Positions 63,201 to 64,000 of a stretch of 64,000 nucleotides of DNA are shown here, one piece after another. The DNA comes from an uncultured virus (IMG/VR IMGVR_UViG_3300033121_001188) (Duplodnaviria; Heunggongvirae; Uroviricota; Caudoviricetes), in the IMG/VR virus record IMGVR_UViG_3300033121_001188. One strand, given 5' to 3'. A model generated the notes under the pieces. It searched no databases. It had not been told where the DNA came from and saw nothing but the letters and a program-made list of their open reading frames with translations. A program made the translations under genes and the position numbers. The first letter of the stretch is position 1, and every line of letters begins with the position of its first letter.

Positions 63201-64000
63201 CAGCGCCATTGGTTCTTTGCTAGAAGAAAGCACGTCCTTTACTTTTTCTGATGCCTGTATAAACATCTTTTGTACTGCTGGATCGAACTCTGATCTTTTC
63301 GAGTTAACTTGTAAGTACTTTCTTGTATTTCTAAGAGAGCTTTCAATGTCAACTATATACTTGGGATTCGATCTTGCCCATCTGAGATATTCAAGAGACG
63401 TATTGTCTCATATTGACAATCACGACTTAATCCTATCAATATCAAACTCTACTGCGTCTTGTGGTCTTTCAACATAGTCAAATTGTCATACGGATTCTTT
63501 TATAAATGTTCAAACCTTTCATGCCTTACTTTGCTTCTTTGGTTTTTCGTAGAACAATTGTTTAATTGACTGCTCTATGTCTATTTTGCCAATAAACGGC
63601 TGCACAATGCTATTGTATTTGTTTTGCGCCGCTTTTGGTAATTTTTTCAAGAATCATCCAAACAAGGCTTGCGTTTCCTCTGTGATGTCTTTATCTAGTT
63701 GCTTGATGTCGCAGTATGTCATGCTAATTACATGGATTATTGATAGATTGTATCTGTTCGTCTATTTCTTGCACTATTTCGTTAGACTGCTTATACGTTG
63801 GTGTTTTCTTTATCTTCTGTTGATAAAACATACTGTCTGGCGTCTTATCAATTAGTTCTATAGCAGATGGCCTTGACACAATATCCTCTATAGCAGATAA
63901 CTGTTGTTGATTTCATCAAAGCGCAGCTATTACCGTTTCTCATATATTGGCATCCGCAAATTCTCTTCTAAGATTATCTTGTATCAGTTTTATTGCATCT
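60033..64000 (-). CDS. Very large helical protein (internal virion/ejection-like), 5' end outside the window
   Basis: Over 1300 codons apparently open under the recoded table; includes track ORF 62754-63026. Confidence 0.65.

Noticed and set aside
36010..63855. Many + strand track ORFs in the late arm (and - strand ORFs in the early arm)
   Set aside because: Antisense shadows of real genes; enriched in His/Gln/Ser from reverse-complemented TGA codons.
1..64000. Massive pseudogenisation suggested by the short ORFs in the track
   Set aside because: Breaks are in-frame TGA codons at Gly positions; genes are intact under the recoded table.
1248..64000. TGA=Trp (table 4) or selenocysteine
   Set aside because: TGA occupies Gly motif positions (GG, GDIHG, SGS) and is far too frequent for Sec.

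Overview
About 64 kb of an AT-rich tailed-phage genome. The supplied ORF track is fragmented because the sequence does not use the standard code. Conserved motifs read correctly only if TGA=Gly and CGA/CGG=Trp, with TAA/TAG as the only stops. That code is reported for Absconditabacterales (SR1, CPR), the inferred host. All CDS coordinates are my manual re-translations in that code. Layout: (i) 1-960, non-coding, possibly near the genome end. (ii) About 1-36 kb, + strand, early/middle genes: ArdC-MPTase, many small ORFs, an RNA repair set (CCA-adding enzyme, Pth2-like protein, phosphoesterase, RNA ligase, Pnkp, cyclic-phosphate receiver domain), and a replication module (initiator with iterons, primase-helicase, ERF, SSB-like). 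This arm also has three tandem Y-RNA-like ncRNAs upstream of a Ro60/TROVE gene, a C5 methylase, an HNH-AP2 nuclease, a sortase-like protein, an aberrant tRNA-like RNA and a probably frameshifted lipoprotein-NlpC/P60-3D gene. (iii) About 36-64 kb, - strand, late genes: lysis, fibres, tail, capsid, scaffold, portal and a large internal protein. A + strand sigma factor island interrupts this arm, and a CTGYATTAT motif precedes 8 late genes. Functional calls come from motif recognition by eye; no database searches were run.
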